A model generated the notes under the pieces. That model ran no database searches. It saw nothing but the letters and a program-made list of their open reading frames with translations, and had not been told where the DNA came from. Source: the human T2T-CHM13v2.0 reference genome, Homo sapiens. Taken from it: 64,000 nucleotides of DNA. This document shows, piece after piece, positions 29,350 through 49,724 of the stretch (the first letter of the stretch is position 1; each line of letters opens with the position of its first letter). A program made the position numbers and the translations under genes. Location of the stretch: NCBI RefSeq assembly GCF_009914755.1, contig NC_060931.1; one strand, 5' to 3'.

Positions 29350-30690
29350 CAAAAGCAATAAACTAACATTTATTGAAAGGAACTGGGCTCGGAGTTTTTG
29401 TTTCTCATGCTTATGTAACCAACATTATAACTCTATGCCCACGTTAAAGATAAGAAAGCAAAGCTGCTGAGAGGATAAGTTATTTGCCCAACATCATGGA
29501 GGAGGATGAGAGGACTCAAACCCAGGTAGTCTGACAACAAATGCTGTGCTCTGTCTGCCTGACAAAGGTAAGAGCCAGGCCTTGCATTTACCCTCAGAGG
29601 AAGAGTTCATCAGTCGCTCAACATACATGACAGCAAATAATCAAGACTGGATTCCTAACTGCTAAGGAATGCTCCTCGGAGTCCCAGGGCTTCCCTGCCA
29701 CACCCAAGGTGATGTACTGGGTGCTGGGTGGGAGGAGGGCTGGAAAAGTTCCGCATTGGCCTCTAGGCTCCCTCAGGCACTCCTTCAAGGTTCACTCCTT
29801 CTTTTTTGGAACCCAAGCAAGATTGCTTTCAAGAAAGGGTCTTGATGATTGTTTGTTTCAAAGCAAAGCATGATTAAATTCTCTGATAAAGCTGGGCTCA
29901 ATTCCTGCTCTGCTTCTCACCAGCTGAGTGGACTCAGTAAAAGCTACTTAATTCCTCAGACCTAAACTCTCTTCCCAAAAGTGGGAAGAACAATGCACTG
30001 TTAGAGGTGAATAAGAACAAGAGGAAACTGACGCAGGCACTGCATCTAGACTCCAACTGGCTCAAGAATGAGAGCAATTACTGCTGTCCCAGAGACAACA
30101 GCACCTTCTGCCTGTGCCTTCTCAATCAACAATTACATTTATCTTCTCTCCCTTCCTTCCCCCATGCTTTTAAATCAGTGTCTTGTACTTTAAATGAAAA
30201 GGAGATATGTAGAACTACTAAAATATGCATTAAAAATGTTAAGGTCCTGACAGAAAGGCAGAGCAAACTCAGAAACAAAGGCAATGGTAGACCACTGTTT
30301 CTGAGACTATATTCTATCCAGAAAGTCAACTGGATTACAGCTTTTTCACCATATGCTGATGACACCTTTGGCTCTGAAAGGCCTAACTTGGGATGTAAAC
30401 TTCATTAAGAAAGAAAGAGGCTTGTCATTGTTCTGATTTCATAAATCCCACACAGGAGGCATAGTGCATAGCTTAAAAGTGATGGGGCCACCCAGACTGG
30501 ACACACATTTCACTTCCGAGCGGGAAAACCTGGTGCAAGTGGCATGGCTGTCCTCATGTTCCCAGCTTTCTCATGTCCCCGGCTTCCTCCCATGGAAAAT
30601 GAGGATACTGCCTATTTCCTAGGTTGTTCTGAGGACCAAGTGAGATAATCCATTTAAAGTCCTTAAAACAGCCTGGCAAATTGCAAATGC
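29350..30690. mobile_element. Three MIR fragments (about 29350-29550, 29890-30060, 30500-30690)
   Basis: Degenerate MIR cores (ttatttgcccaacatca...ggactcaaacccaggtagtctgac; aaaatgaggatact...gagataatccatttaaagt). Confidence 0.55.
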
Positions 30691-30768
30691 TAAAAAGAAA
30701 TGAGATAGGAAGAGAGAGAAAGAGAGAGAGAGTTCGCTGTTTATTATTAAGCACAAAAATAACACGTA

Positions 30769-31099
<331 letters not shown>

Positions 31100-31399
31100 T
31101 TATTTGTTTTTAGCTAGACCCTATACATAAATAATAAATAAAAATAATAGTACAATCTATGTTACACCAAGGACAGAAACGTCTACCCAGCAGGATAACA
31201 AATATTAGCAAATGCATACCTCTTCTGTAAGTTGACCGGCATGTCTAAGGAGGAATTCTGTCTCACAAGCATGCTTTGTATTGGAGGCAGGGAATCTCTC
31301 ACCCACTTTTTTTATCCTATTCATTCCTCAGTCTGTTTCAGAGGGAGCAGCCCTCGGAGCATCAATAAGTGCTGTCTATGTGCTTTTACTTATGCATCT

Positions 31400-31960
31400 T
31401 TTTTGTTCATTGGCTGTCTTCCTCACCCCTAGGATGTCACCTCCATGAGAGCAGATAGTTTATTATGTCTATATCACTCCCATCCAGAAGAGTGGACACC
31501 TATGACCTGGCACATGCCGGCACTCAAAAACTATCTGTTGAATAAATAGCTAAACTACTGTATGCCAGCCACAGATGAGGCACCAAGGCAGATACAAAGT
31601 TAAACAGGACTAATTCCTGTCCGCTGGGAATTGGTCAGTGACAGAAACTGACATATAATAACTGCATCTGTACCATGGCAGAGACCTGGGGGTGACCAGC
31701 ACTGCATCAGCACATAGGTGTGATGCAGAGAGAGGGGAAGAACAGGGTGTGCAGCACAGGCTTTTAGAGGAGATGACATTCAAGATGGCCCTCTGGGCAT
31801 AGGCAGGATTTCCCAGGGGAGAAGAGGAAACAGCACATCTCAAAGCTCTGAGGCATGAAAGGACAAGACATCTTCATGGAACAGAGAAAAGTCCTATGTG
31901 GTCGCTTAGAGCTGGAGATGCAGGAAGAAAAGGAAGACGGGACTCTTGAAAGGTAGACTG
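31400..31960. mobile_element. L2 fragments (a plus-strand 3' end at about 31400-31550, then a minus-strand fragment)
   Basis: cctggcacatgccggcactcaaaaactatctgttgaataaat; aggagatgacattcaag...aaagctctgaggcatgaaa. Confidence 0.55.
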
Positions 31961-32599
31961 ATCTTCCACCATTTAAGAAGAGGGAAGAGCAGGAGTAAGG
32001 GGTGGCACTCCAGCTCTGATTTGCTGTTAGCAAACATGTCATCTCTCTCTTGAGCCAGCTGGGCAATATGGCCGGCATATCTGTCCACAGATATTCTCCT
32101 AAGGAGAAATGCAAGGCTCAGGCTTTGGGAACAAGGGTCATGTGGCCCGCTTCATGAGAAAGGAATCCAGAGCCTCTGGGCTGAGAATAGAAACCATCTC
32201 CCTCACCCCCACACTCAGCTGGTTACTGAGAACGCACACCTTCCAATGTCTGCAATAACAGCACTTTGTATGCTTCCTCTGTCTTTACTGGCATAACTTT
32301 ATTCTTCCAGAAGTCTCCTGCCTAGGCAGATGGCATGACTGCTCATTACAGGAACTTTCTGAAAGACCCAGAAACTCAAATGAAAAACATCAACTGTTTG
32401 TACCCTAAGGTTCTTTGAATCCCTTGCCTCAAAGCCTGCAGTTTCCACCAATCCAAACTGTTGTATCATGACCCATGCATGCTTTGAAAGACCCAACTAA
32501 ACCAAACTTCCAATTCTCAATAAATTCTGACTTTACTTTCTGTGATAGCTTTTCCTTTTTTTTTTTTTTTTTTTTTTTTGGCGGGGCTGGGGGTGGTGT

Positions 32600-33186
32600 G
32601 GTACTGGGTGGCCTTTTTGATGTGTTAACTTCACTAGACTACAGTTTCCAGTTATGCGAATACTAATCTAGATGTTGCTGTAAGGTATTTTGTATATGTG
32701 ATGAAAGTCTATAATCACTTGACTTTAAGTAAGAGAGATTATCCTAGATAATCTCAATGGGCTTGTTTCAATAAATTGAAAGGCCTTAAAAACAGAGTTG
32801 TTTAGCTGGGCATAGTGGCTTATGCCTGTGGTCCCAGCTACTTGGGAGGCTGAGGTGGGATGATTGCTTGAGCCCAGAAAGTTAAGGCTGCAGTGATCTA
32901 TGATCCCACTACTGCACTCCAGCCTAGGCAACAGAGCAAGACCCTGTCTCTTCAAAACAAAACAAAACACTAACAATAAAACAGAGCCGAGGGTTCCTTG
33001 AAGGAACAAATTCTACCTGTGGACAGTAGATAGCAGATTCAGTCTGTGTCTCAGAGTTCCAGCCCACCCTGTGGATTTAGGGTTTTCCTAACCAGCTCCC
33101 ATAATCCCATGAGGTAATTCCTTGCAGTCAGTTCCTATACATCTCCTACTGGTACTGCATCTCTAGTGGAGTCCTGATGAATTCAC
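32600..33186 (+). mobile_element. MLT2-type (ERVL) LTR interrupted by an Alu monomer
   Basis: actaatctagatgttgctgtaaggtattttgta; gactttaagtaagagagattatcctagataatct; ctcctactggtactgcatctct. Confidence 0.75.
32804..32977 (+). mobile_element. Alu right-monomer only (FRAM or truncated AluJ)
   Basis: Single arm with J-type aaggctgcagtgatctatgat; TSD aaaacagag on both sides. Confidence 0.8.
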
Positions 33187-33361
33187 CTCTGCCTGAGACA
33201 CTGACAAAGTGTTTCATGCTGATATTCTCCCTCAACAAGGTGAGCAACAAGGTCATCTCTGTCTTATCAGGGTCAATCCAACCAGCATTTAACTGAGGCA
33301 AGGTCACTTTTCTCAGGCCAGAGAAGAAACTGCATCAAATGACGTATGAGAGTGTGTGAGG

Positions 33362-35840
<2,479 letters not shown>

Positions 35841-36009
35841 AGTGTGTGAGGAAGAAAAAAACAATGAGGCAATACCCCCCACAAACAGGGAAAGGGATTC
35901 CATGAAAGCAAAGAATGTATCTATCAACTCACAGTGCCAAGAAATTGCCACATGCCCTCTCTGGAAAATGAGTCTTTAATCTTTCATTTATCCTATGATC
36001 TTCAGCCCA

Positions 36010-36155
36010 TCTGCTTTAGAATCACCATGGGTGAGTGTTAGAATGCAGATTTCTGGGGATTTCCCTCCATAGCTCGTGAATCAGGGGCCTGGTTTGCTGC
36101 ATTTTTACTATGATCCCAAGTAATTCTGATGCAAAATGAAGTTCAGAATCGTCAC
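36010..36155. mobile_element. MER5-family MITE
   Basis: ttagaatcacc...gttagaatgcagatttctgggg...gtaattctgatgcaaaatgaagttcagaa. Confidence 0.6.
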
Positions 36156-38095
36156 AGTCTAAACTTTTCTAAGACTACACATGACATTTGGAATAAATAT
36201 TCTGAATTTCAAGGTAATAAATAAAGTCTGAAGCAAACAAAACTCATGCCAGCTTCTCAAAAATGATGAGAAAAGCAGCAGAAAGAACATTTCTGCAGGG
36301 AAATGTCCTGACTGCACACAATGTACGAGGAGAATGACAAGTGGCCCAGTGAAAGCCAGCCAAAGCCCTGCTGTCATATTTACTCATAGCCAGCAGTTCC
36401 AGACTGTACCAGCCCCTGCCATTCACAGGCATCTCGATAGGATGTCTTTGTGTCTTTACTAGCTCATCGATTCAGCCTCCATGTGGATTGGGTAATAAGA
36501 TGGCACAGAAAAATGTCATTGTCATATGTTTCCCTCTGAAATCTGTTTTTCTCATTATGCCAACTTTCTACTTAGTCAGATAAATGAAGAATTATGCCTA
36601 CTCAAAAATCCCAATTCTATTCTCCTTCCTGTTTTTTAGCAAGGACAACAGGAGGTCCACAGGGAGGAAGGCTTCCGATCCTCTGCGTTCAGGCCCTGTG
36701 GAGGGCAGGCAGCTCCAGCATCTTCCCTGGCTCTGTCTCTTCTCACTCCCTCTCCATCCTTGTCTGTGTCTGTCTCTTTCTCCAGATATGAGGACACCCT
36801 TACTTTGGATATGTTACTGTAAAATAATGCTGTTCTTCAGGTCCATTTCTTAATCATCACAGAAACTGTTTTTGCATGCAAGCCTGATCGCTTTTGTCCA
36901 ACTGTGTGTCCATTTTTTTGATGTTCACATCTTCAGGCTAATGAAACAACTGAGGGCAATATATGATACGCTGGTTGCTAAGTTACACAGCAATGTCTCC
37001 AGACAGGACTACGGATCGACCGTTAAGGAAGCATATTAGAAATACCCTAAAATAAAATCCAGACACCACCCCCAAAAAAAGAAACAGGGGAAAAAAGGCA
37101 GGTGGGAATGAGGAAGAAGGATAAGGAAGAAAAAGTGGTCAGCTGCTGTAAATGCCCATTCCCCATAACTGAGGCTCTAGCCTTCCAGGGGCTGCTCACC
37201 ATCAGAAACAGCAGCCCCGCCACCCCATTAGAGTGGGAGCACTTCATTCCCACCCATTAATTTGAAGAATTTGTGGTTTGACTTCTTTTCTACTTTTTTC
37301 ATGCTCCTAAGTGAGGATTCCATTTTCAGCTGTTGTCTTTTTCTCGCATCATTTCACTTTCCACAGGACCCAGATATCCTGTACCAAATTCCCAAAGCCA
37401 AAAAAAGAAAGAACAAGTATTAAGAGATATCTATTAACTACCTATTTGTGGTCTATAAACACAGAACATGAAGGTGAAGGGCCTGTTCTGCAATAAATGG
37501 TTTGCTCTCTCTGTATCTGTAATAAGATCTGGGTCAAAAGGAGCAGACAGAGATGGGTAGACAGTTCCCAGGAGCCCAGGGAATCTGCCAGGACATGGCA
37601 AGCCTGAGGGAAAGGACAGAAGGAGCCTGTCTGTCTCCTTCAGTGTTTTAATCAAGGACTTGTGGAAGATAGAGAGAAAGAACAACATGCTTTTCTGGAG
37701 ACGACAAACTCGCCTTAAAGGGACATGCACAAGCAGATGTCCACGACTGCTCAAAAAAAAGATTAAATTTAATTTAAAAAAAGCAGCCCCCTGTCCAAAG
37801 ACACCAAGTTGCTTGCTTCCTTAGCCAATTTCACATGATAGGAGCCAGCACATACCTACTTTTTGCCTGGTGTCTAGGCTGGGGACTAAAAGCTCAGGGT
37901 AGAACCCAGTTCATGTCCACATCTCTAATACCCCAGGATAAGAATTACTGACTCTAATCTGTTAAACAGTAATGGAATGTAATTATGTAGATGTGAATCT
38001 TGGACTTGGCCTTGAAGTTAGGTGTAGGCAGTCCCCTTAAGCACAGCAGCTGAGGGGGGCCATCTTTGCATTTCAGACAGTGGGGCAGCCCCAGC

Positions 38096-38455
38096 AAGGG
38101 CATTCCCTTTGGGATCCACCATTATTATTCCATGGGGAAGGCCTCAAGCCTCCTGCGTCCGGCCTCTGCTCTCCCTACCAGGGACTGCTTCAAAGCAGCT
38201 CTGCCTATCCAAGCTTCTGGCAACAGAGACACGTCTATAGTGCTGCACAGCCAGCGGCCAGCTGCTTTCCTCTGACAAGTTTATGCACCATCCGTAGGTT
38301 GTGATGTCCCTGTGGTGGCCATGCCCTCTTTGAAGAACCCTGGGGGACAAGCAATGCCTGCTCTTGGTCTTTAGTTCCTCAACTGCCCACTCTTCCTCAA
38401 ACTGGAGGCCACAGCTTCTTTTCTGCAACTGCTTCTTCTGGACCCATAAGAGTTC
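38096..38455 (+). repeat. Copy of a ~355-bp local direct duplication (partner at 39386-39746)
   Basis: Manual alignment gives 18 substitutions plus 1 indel over about 355 bp. Confidence 0.95.
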
Positions 38456-39261
38456 AGAGATAGTGTGAGCACTAGGGGAGTATGATACACATTAATAAAA
38501 CCTCTCGTGGGACAGGTGCTGTGCTGGGAGGACAATGAGGAGTTAGGGAGATGGAGCAACAATGGTCTGGTATCTGGGAGAAGCAGAGGACTGGGAGGAA
38601 GGAAGCCCTGGTTGGCCCTGACCAACTTACTTCCCACGTGACCCTGGGCATGTCAATTTGCTTTAGACCCTCAACAACTGAATGGAGGCAACGGACCCAG
38701 GGCCATAGGTCAGTTCTCTCCCCTCCTCTTTCATTTGCATTGCCATAAACAAAGAGGAAACATTTACAGCTTTTGAGCAAGATTACTGATGTGATGAAGG
38801 GGATGTTTTAGGGAATGAATTTGTTGAAGCAGTGAATGAGATGGGAAGGGAATGCGTTCAGAAGACTGAGCGAGGTGAGGGAGGACTTCAGCAACACACT
38901 ACTCCCTCCCTCCACGGCAGAGCTTGGCCCTTATTACATCAGACTGCAGGCTCCAACCTTGACATCGCTGGCTCTGAGCATCTCCCAGCCTCAGAGTTAA
39001 CAACCCAGCAAACAAGGCCAAGATTCAAAAGGTTAAGGAGTAACAAGTTCTATAACAAGGCTATATGCCTTTGCTCCCATATACAACAACTAGGAGAGTC
39101 AATAGGATGGTTTTGTAACATATGACTAAGGCCTTTGAAATGTTCAAATTCTATGAATTTATCCTACCAACATATCAGAGATGCAATCAACATTTTATGA
39201 AAGATGTTTACTGCAAAACGGTTTAAAGAAAAAAAAAAAAGCTAAAAGCAAGCCCAAATAT

Positions 39262-39862
39262 TCCAGTTATTCATTTATTGTCTCTCAACTCAAAACCATT
39301 CTTGGCCCTGCTTTCTGACAGGTTGCCAGCTGCGGCAATGTGACACTTCACCAATAGAGGGCACTGGAGTGATTCTGCCTGGGGAAAGGACATTCCCTTT
39401 GGGATCCACCATTACTATTCCATGGGGAAGGCCTCAGGCCTCCTGCACCCGGGCTCTGCTCTCCCTACCAGGGACTGCTTCAAAGCAGTTCTGCCTACCC
39501 AAGCTTCTGGCAACAGAGACACGTCTATAGTGCTGCACAGCCAGCTGGCCAGCTGCTTTCCTCTGACAAGTTTCTGCATCACCCGTGGGTGGTGATGTCC
39601 CTGTGGTGGCCATGCCCTCTCTGAAGAACTCTGGGGGACGAGCAATGCCCGCTCTTGGTCTTTAGTTCCTCAACTGCCCACTCTTCCTCAAACTGGAGGC
39701 CATAGCTTCTTTTCTGCAACAGCTTCTTCTGGACCCATAAGAGTTCTCTTTTACTCACAACTAACCAGCTTCTACTAGTTGTCAATCATTTACATTGGAA
39801 TATACCCTGTTTAAATAACAGTATGGTTTCTGTATCCTGACTAGATGCTGGCTGATATACAA
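39262..39862 (+). mobile_element. ERVL solo LTR (LTR33-like), containing the other copy of the duplication
   Basis: tcatttattgtctctcaactc start, ccaatagagggcactggag, and cctgtttaaataac...tggtttctgtatcctgact...ctgatataca end. Confidence 0.65.
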
Positions 39863-41366
39863 AGTCTTGCAAATGTCCCCTAACACAAAGGAAAACTGAA
39901 GCAAATTATGGTAAGGCAGGCCAAAGATACACCATGTAGCCATCGAAGTGCTGCTATGAAAGAATGTTCAGTAATATGGGACCCTGGGACACTGTATTGT
40001 GGTGACAAAAGCAGAATGCAAAATAGCAAAATTGCACCAAACATATAGAATATAATGTGTGTTCATGCACTAAGTACTGGTGACCAGTTTGAGAATCCCA
40101 TGTACATTGCCATCACTTGCAACCTGCAAAAGAAGGGGAAAAAAGCAGGAAAAATGCCTAATATTATGGGTATTTGCCCAACCCAGCCAATGAGGAGTGC
40201 CTGTGTTTCCAGGGGAGAAGCAATCTCCCTGGTTTTGCACAGAAGGGACCTGTACGAGTTGAGCGAACCACGTTGAACAGCCTTATTTTTCCATCCACTT
40301 GAGATAAGAGACCTGATTGCCAGCCCTTCCCACTGCCAGCAGTTTTAACTTACCCCTCAATCAAACGACATGTGCAAATGCTTAAACATGGGGTGCAATG
40401 GGCAAGTTAGAGCCTGTGGTCTCAGAAAGCCACAAAGTGCTACAGAGACAAGAAAAAAGAGCTGCACTTATAGGAAAGAAACTCATGCTTGTAAAAAGAA
40501 AAAAAAAAACATTTTTAAAGGGCCATTCCAGTGGCATGAGCAGGGATCACTGAAGATGCTACTACAGCTGGGAAAATACTAACTCCATGGCCCATTCTAG
40601 GCAAAACAATGCAAATAGTGGTCTGTGGAGAGAGGATGAGATAAAAACATTTACAGCTCACAGCCAAGGAACAATGCGGCTGGAAACACTAGGGATGGAG
40701 GAGTGGCCAAGCTTGAGGCAGCAGGGTGTCACATGACATCCTGAACATAACCTGCTGTGGCATTAGCCACCCAGACACTAGTGTCAGATGGGCCTGATCC
40801 AAAACTTGGCTTCACCAGTAACAGCTTTGTCACCTGGGAATTTGGCACAGCCCCTGGCAAGCAATAGGTGCTCAGTGAATACAGGGTAAATGAATGATGG
40901 GCAAGACAACGTCTTGGGGCCTCCCTTTCTGCAGTGCCACATGAAGACAGTCAGACCCACACCACACAGTGTTATTATGGGCATTACACTGGACACTGCT
41001 AATAAAGCCTCTGCTTGGCTCATTCAGTAAATGTGTAGGATCCAATATATTATTCATAAAAAGGAGGCAGCTTCAGTACCACACTCCAAAAGAAATGGAA
41101 AATCTGCCAAAGAAGGAGGGAGAGAAGGGAGAGAATCTCAGGCAGAGGAAATAAATACAAGTCCGCCCATTTGGATCCCCAGCCTTAGATAATGAAATAT
41201 AGGGATTCTTTTTCTTTCTCTTTTTTTCCTAGTCATGGATGTCTTAGAGAACTCTGGTGAAGTCTATGGATCTTCTTTTCAGAATGTTTTTAAATGCATA
41301 AAATAAAATAAATAAGCTTGCAAAGAAACCAAACAGTTATCCAAATATTTTAAAAATTGTATCATA

Positions 41367-41880
<514 letters not shown>

Positions 41881-42360
41881 TATTAAAGCATTAAATAACA
41901 AGATCTGTTGTAAGGTCTAATAACTACCATAATTTCTAATTAGGCATAAGATGATAAATGATATTTAGAGATAACTGTGATAAACAGTAATAAATGGATG
42001 TACTTTAATTTCTGTTCATAATAAAGGCACAGATACTGCTTATCCTATCATGGCTTGTTGCTGACATTTGTGATTCAAGCCATGAAAAGTTTACGTTTTT
42101 ATATGGCTGTAGTGTTCCTCCTACATAAGTTCATGAACCCCAGGATAAAATAGTAGCTTTTCATTGTACTTGGAAGGAGATCCAAATTCCCACTATAGTT
42201 TAGAAGACACTGTGATGCAGCCCTAGTCAACATCGACAATTTCTCTGGTACCTCCTCTCACTTCCAGCTCACTATCCTGTTCCCTTTTGTTCTCTAACAC
42301 ACCAAGCTCTTTCATGCTGCAGGACTTTTCTGCTGGCTGTTTCTTTTCCTACAATGCTAG

Positions 42361-43138
<778 letters not shown>

Positions 43139-46077
43139 TAGCACAAATCTTGATGGCGGAATGACTGCCTTAGTGTATAAGTTTTGACACTCATATGGTT
43201 GGAGGATGAAAGGCCTTAAGCCCTCAATTCTGGAAACCATGTACACCCACATGTAGTCTTATTTTTTGAAATCTGGTTGTTTATAAACATGAACCTAGGC
43301 AAGTCATATTTCTGGGTCATACTTGAACCTATATTCTATGGCCAAGCGCTTAGCAGGGTAAACCAAAGCAGCAACACCTACCACAATCTGCCCCCATGTC
43401 TTTTTTGGGGGCTGTCCTACTCCATTTTCCTCATAGCTCTTACCTCGATCTAAAATTAATTGCCTTGTTCGTTTTCTAAGTCTTTCCTGTCAGTTTCCAC
43501 ACCCAAAAGAACAGATGCCCAAGAAGAATGGGCATCTCCATGTTTAGTTCATCACCAGTGCCTAGAATGGTGCCTGGTATATCAAATGTGTTCATCAAAT
43601 GCTTTTTGAGTGAATAGAATGAATATTATAATCATAACAGAGTCTGGAACAATAGTGAAAATATCTATAAACTAAAGCTCACTGGTAACAACCCCTTCCC
43701 CCCTCTCACAATCCAAATAAATTTCAAACCATCTTTCCTTTCCTTCCCTATGCTATAACCTTCAGTCAATGAGTGGATATTTATTTCATACCTACTATGG
43801 GCACACTTATTATTAAGCATTTTTTAAAAGAGAGAGTTGAGATATATTTGCTCAGGTTCCACTACCAATCCACATGTCTGCAACACATCCTGCACAGAAA
43901 TGAACCATCTGTCATCAGCTGTTCACTAACGCCACAGCACCAGGCAGCCTCAACACTGAAGCAAAGTTACAAACAGCCCCAGGCATCTATAACTACTGTG
44001 CTCTGAGGCTCAAAAAGCTGTCCAGAACCATTCCCAGAAATGCACCTGCTCCAGCCCTAAGAGGAAGGGCCTAGTATGAGACGAAGAGAGGATGCCAGAA
44101 AGAAACCCCAGACAAATGGGATCTGGACTGACAGCTGGAAGCAAACAACCCAGCAGCACACACCAGAGAAAGAATGGGCTTTCACTTGCATTGCATTCGA
44201 GATTTTTTTCCCTCTATCTTCTCTATTTTCTCTTTTTTTTTGCCAGGAGTGAAATTAAAATCTGAGGCTTTTCTGGAGGAGTTAGTAGGGATACTAGGTG
44301 TCAGAGGAGAGAGTTAAACAGTTCAACATTACAAACATTAAAAACTTGTCTTCATCTTACCTTACCACATTAGCTTTTCTCCTTTGGCCCTGGACCACCC
44401 ACACTATGCTCTAGGCCTTGCCTCCAGATCTGTTGGGAGGGACTAATGCAACATAGGCCTAAGCATAAGTAAGACAGTGAGCAATTGGGAAAGCCACGCT
44501 AATTCAATTAGGATGGGTGTTTTCCTTAAGAGCTGATCCAAAGATAATGACCAGAAAAAGCATTTATTTTATAGACTTACTCTCTGCCATGAATGTGGCT
44601 ATCCAGATGAATTAATTAACTGATATTAAGAGACATATACTGGGTGAATTAAGTGCCTCTTTCACATACAGGCTCTATAATGAGATTTTAGTTTTTTAGT
44701 ATTAAAAAAAATCCTGCTAAACAAGATAACATACGTCAGAGAAACATTAGCTGATGTAAAAGGAAAGGCTCTCAGAAAAAGGTAAAGATTTAGCTAAAAC
44801 TAAGTTCAAATCCAGGGTGTACACTAGTCATATATAATCATATTAAAATTATGTAATCTCTGATACTTATTTTGTTAATCTTTAAAAGATGATAAATACA
44901 TCTCAGTGTATTTGCAGAAATTAATTAAGCTCAACAGAATTTGCTATACACAGAAACTATTCAATAAGAGCTATATAAACAGCTATAAACAATGGAAGTG
45001 CTTAAAACACGTACAATTTATGATGGATACAAAATTCTGAGGTACCTAGGCATATATCTTACTAAATATACGTATAAAAACTTTAAGGGCAAAAATGGTT
45101 AAGCTTTATTGAAAATGTTAAAGAATATTCTAATAAATAGAACAATATATTGTTTTCATAGATGGGATAGGCAATATCTTAGAGAATGCAAATTTTTCCC
45201 AAAATTAGTCCATAAATTCAATTCAATTTTAATCCAAATTCTAATGGGATTTGACAAGCATATGCTAAAATTCATATGGAGGAGTAAAAGGCAGAAGCAG
45301 GGTGATTTTGATGATGATGATGATGACAGAGAAGAAGAGGAAGAACAGAGGAAGAGAAAAAGAAGAACAAGAAGATGATGACACTGAAGAAGAGAAGAGA
45401 AAGAGGAAGAAAAAGGCACAGACATTCACTCTACTAGAAATCTAGTCTTGTTAGTTGGAAGCTATCAAAGCTGTATGATAATGGTACAAAATAGAGAGCC
45501 ACAGAGACCCCTATATTCACAAAACCTTGACATATGACAGAAGTGACAATGCAAGTCATGGAAGTGGCAGATAGGTAATGAATAATGCAATAAACAGTGG
45601 TAAGACAACTGGCTGTCTCCATCAAAAGATAAAATTAGATCGCCATATAATACCCCCTACACACACTTTCAAAATAGATTGATGACCTATATGAAAATCA
45701 AAACTTTCTAACTTTTGAAATAAAACACAAGAGAATCTCTTTAAAACATATAGCTAGAGAAAGTGCTTTTAAATAAAATGCAAAAAGCCCAAGTAACAAA
45801 AGGGAAAAAAGGACAAATCTGATTGATTAAAATGGTCTTATAAACCTCTGTTTGACAAAAGACACAATAGAAAAAACAACTATGGACTGGGTAGAAATTT
45901 AGGAAAAAGAATTTGTGTCCACAACATATAAACAACTCCTGTAAATCCATGACAATGAAACACTCCAAACCCACTATTGGACAAAGAATGTATAGGCAGT
46001 TTATAGAAGGGAAAACTGACTAGATAATAAACACAGAAAAATATGCTCAGCCTCAGCAGTTGGAGAAATGCAAATTA

Positions 46078-48464
<2,387 letters not shown>

Positions 48465-48858
48465 GAGTGAAACTCTATATCCAAAAAAAAAAAAAAAAAA
48501 GGAACTGTTAAATTTAAAAACTTTTTTCTATCATAATCAATTTCATTCCTGGGTTTCACAATATAATTTTAAGTTTTCCACTAAGATTTTAATTAAATAA
48601 CTTCTGTAGTCTATATCTTCTTTCATATATATAAAATTGAGATTTGCTTTTGGTGTCATTGAGTAAATTTTATACAGTTATTTGAACTAAGAGTTATCAG
48701 TTGTTACTGCCCTTTTGACACCATAAAACTTACACTCTTGAATTTGTTATCTGATGTTTTCTCTCATTCAGATGGCATATACTTTTTAAAATACAGGTAA
48801 AAGATTAATATATTTTCAGAATCAATACAAATCTGGAACTATGTTTATGTTGACTTCA

Positions 48859-49110
<252 letters not shown>

Positions 49111-49432
49111 CTAGCCATGGCTAACATTAGCCAGGCTATGCAAACAAGCACTGGTCAGGGTGACGGGAATAGAAAAGCTGATAATTGCGGGTGGGACTGC
49201 AAGCTAGTAGAACCACTTTGAAAAGCAGTAAAGTTGAGAATGACCTTCCCTCTAATCCAAAAGCTTTCTACATTCTATTCTAGAGAAACTTTTAAACAGC
49301 CCCACACAAATACATGCATAGTACAGTATTCTTTGTGATACCAAAATTGAGGAAACAAGTGATTATTGGTTAAAAAAATGGATAAATCAACTGTGTTTTA
49401 TTTATGTCATGGGATATCATAAATTCATCTCA

Positions 49433-49724
49433 GGCCAGGCGCGGGGGCTCACGCCTGTAATCCCAACACTTTGGGAGGCAGAGGCAGGTGGATCGCCTGA
49501 GGTCAGAAGTTCGAGACCAGCCTGGCCAACACAGTGAAACCCCTTCTCTACTACAAATACAAAAATTAGCTGGGTGTGGTGGCAGGCGCCTGTAACCCCA
49601 GCTACTTGGGAGGCTGAGGCAGGAGAATCACTTGAACCCAAGAGGCGGAGGTTGCAATGAGCCACAATCCGCCATTGCACTCCAGCCTGGGCAACAACAA
49701 CAAAACTCCGCCTCAAAAAAAAAA
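49433..49724 (+). mobile_element. AluSq/Sx
   Basis: Full Alu; TSD aaattcatctca at 49421-49432 and 49725-49736. Confidence 0.93.
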
